64,000 bases of DNA from assembly GCF_006345805.1 (NCBI RefSeq), contig NW_021834901.1, positions 4,902-68,901 of the forward strand. Reading direction: 5' to 3'. The translations under genes and the position numbers were made by a program. This stretch comes from Octopus sinensis. Lineage: Eukaryota. Shown here piece after piece: positions 48,535 to 60,900 of the stretch (the stretch's first letter is position 1; each line of letters begins with the position of its first letter). Under the pieces are notes generated by a model, which searched no databases, was not told the DNA's origin, and saw only the letters and a list, made by a program, of their open reading frames with translations.

Positions 48535-49379
48535 TATATGGACACACACACACACACCACACACACACACGCACACACACACACACACAGTCGGACGACG
48601 GATGGAACAACGGTTTGCCTATTGATGAGAGAAACGGATGTGAGGACACCTGGATGGAACGCCTCTTCAGAGAGCATCGTGCGGTGTGTGGAGGGAGAGA
48701 AAGGGGCGGAGCGACGGCGAGTGATGCCTATCATTAAAAAGAGTGAGAATAATATAAAATAGTGTTTATAACACATTATCGATAAATATCGAACATTGAT
48801 CAATGGAATTAGTACAGATTGCGACTCCACGTCACTGATTCGTTTTTTATTTCGCTTTTTCACATTTCCAATTCTTTACTTTTCCTTTCACTCTGCCTGC
48901 AATCATCACACAGTTTGCATGGTCGCTGGAGTGAAGTGGCTTAGAGGTTAGGGGCATTCGGGTTAGATTTGGGGTGATATATTAATACATGCTGAGGTGG
49001 GAGAGAGAGGATTTTCTAAGTTCCCTTAATTTTTATATGAGTGACAACACAAAACTTTTATATACCTGGCTGTTATTTCTAGCATCACGTAGGACCACCA
49101 ATTGTGTATTATTCCTCCGGATGCTTCTTAAGGTCTCCTTCAATCTTTCATGAAAAACAATGCAGAATATAGTGTATTGAACTGTTATTTCTACCATCTT
49201 ACCCGACAACCTGTAGGACAATATGTTTGATAGACGCTTCGTCAAGTGTCCTGCTTTTATAAAACAAAAACTTTAGAAATATCAAGGTGTTTGGTTGCTG
49301 TTTCACGAATGATGCGAGACAATAGAGAGGTGAGATTCTTTTATAAAGGTCGAAATGATTTTGGGAGGGAAACAATGAG

Positions 49380-51410
49380 ATTAAGGGAAAGAAAGAGAGT
49401 GAGAGAGAGAGAGAGTAAAAAGAAGGAAAGAATGAAAGAGAGTGAGAGAGAGAGAGAAAGGAAGAAAAAAGAAAAAAAGAAGGAATGAAAGAAAAGAGAA
49501 AGGAAGGAATAAAGTAACATGATTCTGTAATAATGCATGAAATGAGAACGGAAGAAAGAAAGAAAGAAAGGAAGGAAGGAAGGAAGGAAATAATGTAGGA
49601 AAGAAGGAAGGAAATAATGTAGGAAAGAAGGAAGGAAAGAAAGGCAGTAAGAAGAAAGAAAGAAGGAAAGAAAGGCAGAAAGAAAGAAAGAAAGAAAGAA
49701 GGTAAAAAGGAAAGAAAGAAAGACAGAAAGTAAAAAGGAAAGAAAGAAAGAAAGAAAGTAAAAAGGAAAGAAAGAAAAAAAGAACGAAAGAACGAAAGAA
49801 AGAAAGGGAGTAAGTAAGAAAGAAGGGAGAAAGAAAGAAAGAAGGACAGAAGGAAAAAGAGGGGAAAATAAAAAGAAGGGAAGGAATAAAGAAAAAAAAA
49901 GAAAGGAAGAAAAAGGAAAGAAGGAAAAAGAAGGAAATGAAAAACTGAAACAAAAATAAAGAATATAACGAAAAGAAAGAAGAAGAAGAAAGAATGAGAG
50001 AAATGAAGAAAGAAAGACAGGAAAGAAAGAAAGAAGGAAGAAAGAAAGTAATGAAAGAAAAATAAAGAAATGTAATAAAGAAATCAGGAAAGAAAGAAAG
50101 AAGAAAAGAAAGTAAAAGGAAAGAAAGAAAAAAGAACGAAAGAACGAAAGAAAGAAAGGGAGTAAGTAGAAAGAAAGGGAGAAGAAAAGAAAGAAGGACG
50201 AAGGAAAAAGAGGAAATATGAAAGAATGAAGGGAAATAAGAGAAAAAAGAAGAAGAAAGGAAGAAGGAAAAAGAAGGAAATGAAAAACTGAAACAAAAAT
50301 AAGAAATAACGAAATGAAAGAAGGAAAGAAAGAAGATGAGAAGAATGAAAAGAAAGACAGAAGAAAGAAAGAATGGAAGAAAGAAAGTAATGAAGAAAGA
50401 AAAATAAAGAATTAAGAAGAAATCAGAAGAAGAAGAAGAAAAGAAAGACTGAAAGGATGAAGAAAGCAAGAAAGAAAGGAAAAGGAAAGAAAGAAAGAAA
50501 GAAAAAGGACATAAGTAAACGGAAACAAAAAGAAAGAAAGAGAGAGAGAAAAAAGAAGGAAAGAAAGAATGTGAGAAATGAAGGACGAAAGAAAGACAGA
50601 AAGGAAAGAAAGAAAGAATGAGAGAGAGATAGAGAGGAAGGCGACGTAATTCTGAAAAAATGATAAGAAGAAAGAGGGAGAAGGAGGGAGAGAGGGGGAG
50701 GAAGGAGGAGGGATTAGAGAAATAAATGTTAAGAAGAGAGGAGGAGTGTGAGATGAGAGAGAAAGAGTAAAAAGGCGGAGCATTAATATATAATAAGGTA
50801 ATAGAGAGAGGGAGAGGGAGAAAGAGAGAGACAGACAAACAGAGACACGGAGACAGAGAGAGACATAAGAAGCGAGAGGGCGAAAGAGAGAGACTGAAAG
50901 AGAGAAATCGAGAGAGCAAAGAGAGAGAAAGACAGACATAGAGAAAGAGAGGGAGAGGGAAAGGGAGGAGAAAGGGAGGGAAAGAATGAGGTAAGAGAAT
51001 GAGAGAATATTATATAAGGAGGTGGAGGGAGAGAGAGAAGGATACATAGGTTTAGAAAGAGAGGGAGTGTGTGAGGTGGGGCGGAGCGCAAAAGAGGTAG
51101 AGGGAGAGTATGAGATATGAGGTGGTAAAGAGGGAGGGAGAGAGACAAAAAGTGAGGGAGGGGAAGGAAACAGAGATGATGTATGAGATATATGCTTTGT
51201 GAGGGAGGGAGAGTAAGAGTTGAGAGAAAACGAGGGATGAGGGAGGCGGGGTTAAACAATAACATAAATAAGTGAAAGAGGGGGAGGGAGAGGAGTAGAG
51301 AAGGAGAGGGAATGATGTGTGTGATAAGAGAGGGAGTCTATCATGTATTAGAGAAAGGAAGAGGGGAAGGATGAGGTATTAATACAGAATGAGGAAGGAG
51401 AGAGAAGAGT
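49380..51410. repeat. Purine-rich (GAAA/GA) low-complexity tract with an internal ~340-bp duplication
   Basis: Almost all A/G on the plus strand; GAACGAAAGAACGAAAG at ~49781 and ~50124. Confidence 0.9.
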
Positions 51411-51567
51411 TTCGAAGTGTCCTTCATTTTCATATGAAACACAAAACCAAACTTTAACATACTTGGCTGTTATTTCTAGCATCACATTTGATCCCCAACT
51501 GGACTATATTTCTCCAAAAGCTTCTGAAAGTGTCCTTCATGATAACAATGTAAAGTATAGCGTAATG

Positions 51568-51925
51568 GGCTGTTATTTCTAGCAAGATAACAGACCACCA
51601 ATACGTTTTATAGACGCTTCTTCACTTGGTTTCTCTTTCGAGGAAGAAGTCTGACCAGATCCGGGAAAAAGTTTTATAAATGCTTCTTAAATTGTCTTTC
51701 AATTTCGTATGAAAAACAAAGGAACTTTGAGTGTAGTGGGCTGTTATTTCTAGCAAGATACCAGACCACCAATACGTTTTATAGACGCTTCTTCACTTGG
51801 TTTCTCTTTCGAGGAAGAAGTCTGACCAGATTCGGGAAAAAGTTTTATAAATGCTTCTGAAATTGTCTTTCAATTTCGTATGAAAAACAAAGCAACTTTG
51901 AGTGTAGTGGGCTGTTATTTCTAGC
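51568..51925. repeat. ~170-bp tandem duplication
   Basis: GGGCTGTTATTTCTAGCA restarts at ~51567, ~51738 and ~51908. Confidence 0.85.
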
Positions 51926-52189
51926 AGGTGTAGAAATAAACCAGGTGTAGGAGGATTCTTTGAATAAATGCTTCTTAAATTGTCCGTCAATGTCTCGGCT
52001 AATTAATTTGCTCAATTAAGAACTACACAGTAATTATGTAATTAATGGTTAGTTAAATAATTAGCTTCTGGTAAAATAATTAGCGAGAGAGAAATTTGAA
52101 GGTAAATCTGAAAATATAATTTATTTGTAAGAAAGTAAGGTTTCTTAGGGATAAAAGGAGAGGAAGAGGGAGAGAGTAAGATATAAGGA

Positions 52190-53300
52190 GGTGGGGGAGA
52201 TAGAGAGAGAAAGAAAGGAAGAAAGAGTGAGAGAGAGAAAGCCTAGGGAAGGGGAGGGATATATTAATGTATGAGGAAGGAGAGAAAGAATGAGAGTGGG
52301 AGAGAGAGAGAGAGAGAAAGAAAGGAAGAAAGAGTGAGAGAGAGAGAAAATAGGGAAAGGAAGGGATATATTAATGTATGAGGAAGCAGAGAAAGAATGA
52401 GAGGGGGAGAGAGAGAGAGAGAGAGAATGCGTGAGAGAGAGAGAGAGAGAGAAAGAAAGGAAGAAAGAGTGAGAGAGAGAGAAAATAGGGAAAGGGAGGG
52501 ATATGTTAATGTATGAGGAAGCAGAGAAAGAATGAGAGTGGGAGAGAGAGAGAGAGACAGTATGCGTGAGAGAGAGAGAGAGAGGAAGGAAGAAAGAGTG
52601 AGAGAGAGAAAGCCTAGGGAAGGGGAGGGATATATTAATGTATGAGGAAGCAGAGAAAGAATGAGAGTGGGAGAGAGAGAGAGAGAGACAGAATGCGTGA
52701 GAGAGAGAAGAGAAAGGAAGAAAGAGTGAGAGAGAGAAAGCCTAGGGAAGGGGAGGGATATATTAATGTATGAGGAAGTAGAGAAAAAATGAGAGTCGGA
52801 GAGAGAGAGAGAGACAGAATGCGTGAGAGAGAGAGAGAGAAAGAAAGGAAGAAAGAGTGAGAGGGTGAAAGCCTAGGGAAGGGGGGGATATATTAATGTA
52901 TGAGGAAGCAGAGAGGGGGAGTGAGAGTGTGAGAGAGAGAGAGAGACAGAATGCGTGAGTGAGAGAGAGAGAAGAAGGAAGAAAGAGTGTGAGAGAGAAA
53001 CCCTAGGGAAGGGGAGGGATATATTAATGTATGAGGAAGCAGAGAGTGGGAGTGAGAGTGGGAGAGAGAGAGAGACAGAATGCGTGAGAGAGAGAGAGAG
53101 AGAGAGATAGAAAGGAAGAAAGAGTGAGAGAGAAGAGAGAGAATGCGTGGAGAGAAGAGAAGAAAGAAAGGAAGAAAGAGTGAGAGAGAGAAAGCCTAGC
53201 GAAGGGGAGGGCTATATTAATGTATGAGGAAGCAGAGAAAGAATGAGAGTGGGAGAGAGAGAGAGACAGAATGCGGGAGAGAGAGAGAGAGAGAGAGAGA
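52190..53300. repeat. ~130-bp purine-rich composite minisatellite, ~8 copies
   Basis: AT(A/G)TTAATGTATGAGGAAG recurs at ~52261, 52370, 52504, 52633, 52762, 52892, 53022 and 53216. Confidence 0.85.
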
Positions 53301-54779
53301 TACAGTTAGTGAGGGAGAGGAAGAGGTGAAGGCTTTTGCAAGGGAGGTGGGCGGTGATTAAAATGAATATATAATGAGGTTCTGAGAGAAAGGAGACAAA
53401 GAGGGAGAAGTGGGAGGATATGTTTTGTAGGGGAGGGAGAAAGAGTATGAAAATGCATTAAGGGTTTAGTGAGGTACAGACAGAGGGAATTAAGAGTAAA
53501 AGCAAGGGAGGGGGAAGCATTTGGTAATATATGAGGAGGTGGGAGAGGGAGGCGAAGAGAAAGAGACAAAGAGGGAGAGCGCGCTTATTGGACGATATAT
53601 ATTTAGTAATAGGGGAAGGGTATGAGTTAATAAAGAAAGCAAAATGGGCGGAGTCAGTCTACATTATGCAAAGTGGTGGGAGGAGTCAACGTTGAAGGGG
53701 TAAGAACAATAACTCTTATTGAATCCCTTTTCGCTTTAAATTCTATTTTTTTCTTTCGCAGAATTTGAAGATTTCCAAAAATGATTTAATGTAAATAATA
53801 GATCGAAGGGTTTAATATTGCAATTCTTAGCCCTTAATTTCCTCCTCGTAATCTTCACACTGCACCCTGCACCTATTGTGGATGCAGCTGCTAGAAATAG
53901 CAGCCAAACATCGCATACTAAATGAAACCTCTGATTTCTTTAATTGCTTCAAAATTTATTAAGTTGAGGAAAAAGTTCGTGCGTTTGGTCTTTATTTTGA
54001 AGAATATTTGTTGCTTTTGAATAAATTCTTGCATAAAACAATCATTATTTTAACACGACGCACAGACATTTCCCTCAATCTAATAGTTTCTATTTTATAA
54101 TTGGCATTTGGTCAGATAACTGCAAAGATTAGCCATTGACTGTCCACTACAAAGAGAAGGGGGCAAGAATATGCAATGAAAGTGCAGTTAAGTGCAGCCG
54201 TGCACTGGTTGTTGTCCTATTTTAAGCTGCAAAAATGTGAAAGTAAACTTCGAGAAGGAAAGGGATCAGACCGGAAGTGATGAGAATAGAACAGGAAACA
54301 AGTGAATGCCATCTAACGGAGAACAATTCAGCTCATAGTGACGACGCCTCTACCACCGAAACATCTCGACACACTGTTTTTACTCATCGCAGGCCGGTCT
54401 CATGGATGTGTGACGGAGCTGTGTTGCGGGGAAACAGCTACGAGAACGGAAATCGACGGAAATTGACGCATCTCGACGGTTATGAAGGAGTTCAGTGAGT
54501 AGATATTAAATGCCTTTCGGTATTGCTTCAGATGTTTGACACCCGAATTTTCTGCCTCAGAGCTTCCAGAAAATGGAGATTTTAAATTATATTTTCGAAA
54601 ACTGAGCTTCTGATGCTGTAAATTGCGATTATATCGGAATATTTGATGAAAACATTTTTCCTTCTTCGATGTTAGGAGTTTTGGAAAATTCACACAAGGC
54701 GTCTGGCTTTCTTCACAACTTTCAGAAAAATAGTAAATTTTTAATGGAATTTTCTATAAATGCCTTTCAGAGTGTATCG

Positions 54780-54921
54780 ATTACAATTATAAAATAATAA
54801 TAAAAATAATGAAATTATTGTATACAGTGCTCAGGTGCACCACCACTTGTCAGAAAGTGGGTATAAAGTGTATGCAGTAATGTACAAATGTATGGAAAGC
54901 GAACAGTGTATGAGTCAGATA
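54780..54921 (-). mobile_element. 3' UTR and (ATT)-rich tail of the LINE that seeded the 121-bp satellite
   Basis: Minus strand continues from the unit (...ACGCAAGCATG) into unique sequence with a GTGC-ACCTGA-GCAC stem-loop and an ATTATT-rich tail. Confidence 0.65.
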
Positions 54922-57900
54922 CATGCTTGCGTATGTATGGAGGGGAGGACATCAGGTGTAGTGTTGGCGAATCTCAGAAAGCATTGAAGTTTTGAAGGAT
55001 GCAGTGCTCCGACAACTAACAACTGATGCCGGCAGTTTGTTCCATGCTTGTGTGTGTATGGAGGGGAGGAAATCAGGTGTAGTGTTGGTGAATCTCAGGA
55101 AGCATGGAAGTTTTGCAGGATGCAGTGCTCCGACAACTAACAACTGATGCCGGCAGTTTGTTCCATGCTTGCGTGTGTATGGAGGGGAGAAAATCAGGTG
55201 TAGTGTTGGCGAATCTCAGAAAGCATGGAAGTTTTGAAGGATGCAGTGCTCAGAAAATTAACAACTGATGGCGGCAGTTTGTTCCATGCTTGCGTGTGTA
55301 TGGAGGGGAGGAAATCAGGTGTAGTGTTGGCGAATCTCAGAAAGCATGGAAGTTTTGAAGGATGCAGTGCTCAGACAATTAACAACTGATGCCGGCAGTT
55401 TGTTCCATGCTTGCGTGTGTATGGAGGGGGGGAAATCAGGTGTAGTGTTGGCGAATCTCAGAAAGCATGGAAGTTTTGAAGGATGCAGTGCTCCGACAAC
55501 TAACAACTGATGCCGGCAGTTCGTTCCATGCTTGTGTGTGTATGGAGGGGAGGAAATCAGGTGTAGTGTTAGCGAATCTCAGGAAGGATGGAAGTTTTGA
55601 AGGATGCAGTGCTCCGACAACTAACGACTGATGCCGGCAGTTGTTCCATGCTTGTGTGTGTATGGAGGGGAGGAAATCAGGTGTAGTGTTGGCGAATCTC
55701 AGGAAGCATGGAAGTTTTGAAGGATGCAGTGCTCAAACAATTAACAACTGATGCCGGCAGTTTGTTCCATGCTTGCGTGTGTATGGAGGGGAGGAAATCA
55801 GGTGTAGTGTTGGTGAATCTCAGGAAGAATGGAAGTTTTGAAGGATGCAGTGCTCAGAAAATTAACAACTGATGCCGGCAGTTTGTTCCATGCTTGAGTG
55901 TGTATGGAGGGGAGGAAATCAGGTGTAGTGTTGGTGAATCTCAGGAAGAATGGAAGTTTTGAAGGATGCAGTGCTCAGACAACTAACAACTGATGCCGGC
56001 AGTTTGTTCCATGCTTGAGTGTGTATGGAGGGGAGGAAATCAGGTGTAGTGTTGGTGAATCTCAGGAAGAATGGAAGTTTTGAAGGATGCAGTGCTCAGA
56101 CAACTAACAACTGATGCCGGCAGTTTGTTCCATGCTTGCGTGTGTATGGAGGGGAGGAAATCAGGTGTAGTGTTGGTGAATCTCAGGAAGAATGGAAGTT
56201 TTGAAGGATGCAGTGCTCAGACAATTAACAACTGATGCCGGCAGTTTGTTCCATGCTTGCATGTGTATGGAGGGGAGGAAATCAGGTGTAGTGTTGGTGA
56301 ATCTCAGGAAGGATGGAAGTTTTGAAGGATGCAGTGCTCAGACAATTAACAACTGATGCCGGCAGTTTGTTCCATGCTTGAGTGTGTATGGAGGGGAGGA
56401 AATCAGGTGTAGTGTTGGTGAATCTCAGGAAGGATGGAAGTTTTGAAGGAGGCAGTGCTCAGACAATTAACAACTGATGCCGGCAGATTGTTCCATGCTT
56501 GCGTGTGTATGGAGGGGAGGAAATCAGGTGTAGTGTTGGTGAATCTCAGGAAGAATGGAAGTTTTGAAGGATGCAGTGCTCAGACATTAACAACTGATGC
56601 CGCAGTTTGTTTCCATGCTTGAGTGTGTATGGAGGGGAGGAAATCAGGTGTAGTGTTGGTGAATCTCAGGAAGGATGGAATTTTGAAGGATGCAGTGCTG
56701 CAACCACTAAACTGATGCCGGCAGTTTGTTCCATGCTTGAGTGTGTATGGAGGGGAGGAAATCAGGTGTAGTGTTGGTGAATCTCAGGAAGAATGGAAGT
56801 TTTGAAGATGCAGTGCTCAGAAAATTAACAACTGATGCCGGCAGTTTGTTCCATGCTTGTGTGTATGGGGAGGGGAGGAAATCATGTAGTGTTGGTGAAT
56901 CTCAGGAAGGATGGAAGTTTTGAAGGATGCAGTGCTGCAACCTCTAACAACTGATGCCGGCAGTTTGTTCCATGCTTGAGTGTGTATGGAGGGGAGGAAA
57001 TCAGTGTAGTGTTGGTGAATCTCAGGAAGGATGGAAGTTTTGAAGGATGCAGTGCTGCACACTAACACTGATGCCGGCAGTTGTTCCCTGCTTGAGTGTG
57101 TATGGAGGGGAGGAAATCAGGTGTAGTGTTGGTGAATCTCAGGAAGGATGGAAGTTGTGAAGGATGCAGTGCTCAGACAATTAACAACTGATGCCGGCAG
57201 TTTGTTCCATGCTTGCGTGTGTATGGAGGGGAGGAAATCAGGTGTAGTGTTGGTGAATCTCAGGAAGAATGGAAGTTTTGAAGGATGCAGTGCTCAGACA
57301 ATTAACAACTGATGCCGGCAGTTTGTTCCATGCTTGCGTGTGTATGGAGGGGAGGAAATCAGGTGTAGTGTTGGTGAATCTCAGGAAGAATGGAAGTGTT
57401 GAAGGATGCAGTGCTCAGACAATTAACAACTGATGCCGGCAGTTTGTTCCATGTTTGCGTGTGTATGGAGGGGAGGAAATCAGGTGTAGTGTTGGTGAAT
57501 CTCAGGAAGAATGGAAGTTTTGAAGGATGCAGTGCTCAGAAAATTAACAACTGATGCCGGCAGTTTGTTCCATGCTTGAGTGTGTATGGAGGGGAGGAAA
57601 TCAGGTGTAGTGTTGGGGAATCTCAGGAAGAATGGAAGTTTTGAAGGATGCAGTGCTCAGACAATTAACAACTGATGCCGGCAGTTTGTTCCATGCTTGA
57701 GTGTGTATGGAGGGGAGGAAATCAGGTGTAGTGTTGGTGAATCTCAGGAAGGATGGAAGTTTTGAAGGATGCAGTGCTGCAACCACTAACAACTGATGCC
57801 GGCAGTTTGTTCCATGCTTGCGTGTGTATGGAGGGGAGGAAATCAGGTGTAGTGTTGGTGAATCTCAGGAAGGATGGAAGTTTTGAAGGATGCAGTGCTG

Positions 57901-60900
57901 CAACCACTAACAACTGATGCCGGCAGTTTGTTCCATGCTTGAGTGTGTATGGAGGGGAGGAAATCAGGTGTAGTTTTGGTGAATCTCAGGAAGGATGGAA
58001 GTTTTGAAGGATGCAGTGCTCAGACAATTAACAACTGATGCCGGCAGTTTGTTCCATGCTTGCGTGTGTATGGAGTGGAGGAAATCAGGTGTAGTGTTGG
58101 TGAATCTCAGGAAGAATGGAAGTTTTGAAGGATGCAGTGCTCAGACAATTAACAACTGATGCCGGCAGTTTGTTCCATGCTTGCGTGTGTATGGAGGGGA
58201 GGAAATCAGGTGTAGTGTTGGTGAATCTCAGGAAGAATGGAAGTGTTGAAGGATGCAGTGCTCAGACGATTAACAACTGATGCCGGCAGTTTGTTCCATG
58301 TTTGCGTGTGTATGGAGGGGAGGAAATCAGGTGTAGTGTTGGTGAATCTCAGGAAGAATGGAAGTTTTGAAGGATGCAGTGCTCAGACAATTAACAACTG
58401 ATGCCGGCAGTTTGTTCCATGCTTGCGTGTGTATGGAGGGGAGGAAATCAGGTGTAGTGTTGGTGAATCTCAGGAAGAATGGAAGTTTTGAAGGATGCAG
58501 TGCTCAGACAATTAACAACTGATGCCGGCAGTTTGTTCATGCTTTGTGTGTATGGAGGGGAGGAAATCAGGTGTAGTGTTGGTGAATCTCAGGAAGGATG
58601 GAAGTTTTGAAGGATGCAGTGCTTGCAAACCACTAACAACTGATGCCGGCAGTTTGTTCCATGCTTGAGTGTGTATGGAGGGGAGGAAATCAGGTGTAGT
58701 GTTGGTGAATCTCAGGAAGAATGGAAGTTTTGAAGGATGCAGTGCTGCAACCACTAACAACTGATGCCGGCAGTTTGTTCCAAGCTTGAGTGTGTATGGA
58801 GGGGAGGAAATCAGGTGTAGTGTTGGTGAATCTCAGGAAGATGGAAGTTTTGAAGGATGCAGTACTCAGACAATTAACAACTGATGCCGGCAGTTTGTTC
58901 CATGCTTGCGTGTGTATGGAGGGGAGGAAATCAGGTGTAGTTTTGGGAATCTCAGAAGGATGGAAGTTTTGAAGGATGCAGTGCTGCAGACCACTAACAA
59001 CTGATGCCGGCAGTTTGTTCCATGCTTGAGTGTGTGGAGGGGAGGAAATCAGGTGTAGTGTTGGTGAATCTCAGGAAGAATGGAAGTTTTGAAGGATGCA
59101 GTGCTCAGAAAATTAACAACTGATGCGGCAGTTTGTTCTGCTTGAGTGTGTATGGAGGGGAGGAAATCAGGTGTAGTGTTGGTGAATCTCAGAAGGATGG
59201 AAGTTTTGAAGGATGCAGTGCTGCAACTCTACAACTGATGCCGGCAGTTTGTTCCATCCATGCTTGAGTGTGTATGGAGGGGAGAAATCAGGTGTAGTGT
59301 TTGTTGAATCTCAGGAAGGATGGAAGTTTTGAAGGATGCAGGGCTGGCAACAACTAACAACTGATGCCGGCAGTTTGTTCCATGCTTGAGTGTGTATGGA
59401 GGGGAGGAAATCAGGTGTAGTTTTGGTGAATCTCAGGAAGGATGGAAGTTTTGAAATATGCAGTGCTCAGACAATTAACAACTGATGCCGGCAGTTTGTT
59501 CCATGCTTGCGTGTGTATGGAGGGGAGGAAATCAGGTGTAGTGTTGGTGAATCTCAGGAAGAATGGAAGTTTTGAAGGATGCAGTGCTCAGACAATTAAC
59601 AACTGATGCCGGCAGTTTGTTCCATGCTTGCGTGTGTATGGAGGGGAGGAAATCAGGTGTAGTGTTGGTGAATCTCAGGAAGAATGGAAGTGTTGAAGGA
59701 ATGCAGTGCTCAGACAATTAACAACTGATGCCGGCAGTTTGTTCCATGTTTGCGTGTGTAGGAGGGGAGGAAATCAGGTGTAGTGTTGGTGAATCTCAGG
59801 AAGAATGGAAGTTTTGAAGAAGGATGCAGTGCTCAGAAAATAACAAACTGACTGATGCCGGCAGTTTGTTCCAAGCTTGAGTGTGTATGGAGGGGAGGAA
59901 ATCAGGTGTAGTGTTGGGGAATCTCAGGAAGAATGGAAGTTTTGAAGAGATGCAGTGCTCAGACAATAACACAACTGATGCCGGCAGTTTGTTCCATGCT
60001 TGAGTGTGTATGGAGGGGAGGAAATCAGGTGTAGTGTTGGTGAATCTCAGGAAGGATGGAAGTTTTGAAGGATGCAGTGCTGCAACCACTAACAACTGAT
60101 GCCGGCAGTAGTTTGTTCCATGCTTGAGTGTGTATGGAGGGAGGAGGAATCAGGTTGTAGTGTTGGTGAATCTCAGGAAGGATGGAAGTTTTGAAGGATG
60201 CAGTGCTGCAACCACTAACAACTGATGCCGGCAGTTGTTCCATGCTTGAGTGTGATGGAGGGGAGGAAATCAGGGGTAGTTTTGGTGAATCTCAGGAAGG
60301 ATGGAAGTTTTGAGGATGCAGTGCTCAGACAATTAACAACTGATGCCGGCAGTTTGTTCCATGCTTGCGTGTGTATGGAGTGGAGGAAATCAGGTGTAGT
60401 GTTGGTGAATCTCAGGAAGAATGGAAGTTTTGAAGGATGCAGTGCTCAGACAATTAACAACTGATGCCGGCAGTTGTTCCATGCTTGCGTGTGTGTATGG
60501 AGGGGAGGAAATCAGGTGTAGTTTTGGTGAATCTCAGGAAGAATGGAAGTTGAAGGATGCAGTGCTCAGACGATTAAAACTGATGCCGGCAGTTTGTTCC
60601 ATGCTTGCGTGTGTATGGAGGGGAGGAAATCAGGTGTAGTGTTGGTGAATCTCAGGAAGAATGGAAGTTTTGAAGGATGCAGTGCTCAGACAATTAACAA
60701 CTGATGCCGGCAGTTTGTTCCATGCTTGCGTGTGTATGGAGGGGAGGAAATCAGGTGTAGTGTTGGTGAATCTCAGGAAGAATGGAAGTTTTGAAGGATG
60801 CAGTGCTCAGACAATTAACAACTGATGCCGGCAGTTTGTTCCATGCTTGTGTGTGTATGGAGGGGAGGAAATCAGGTGTAGTGTTGGTGAATCTCAGGAA

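Noticed and set aside
49381-50919. 512-aa minus-strand ORF
   Set aside because: F/L/S-only translation of a pyrimidine-rich strand that cannot form stop codons; low-complexity artefact.
53950-54720. Decayed mariner transposase or an exon ending at CA|GTGAGT (~54495)
   Set aside because: Only a TIR-like start (ATTAAGTTGAGGAAAAAGTTCGTGCG) and vague peptide similarity; no diagnostic motif or matching second TIR was found.
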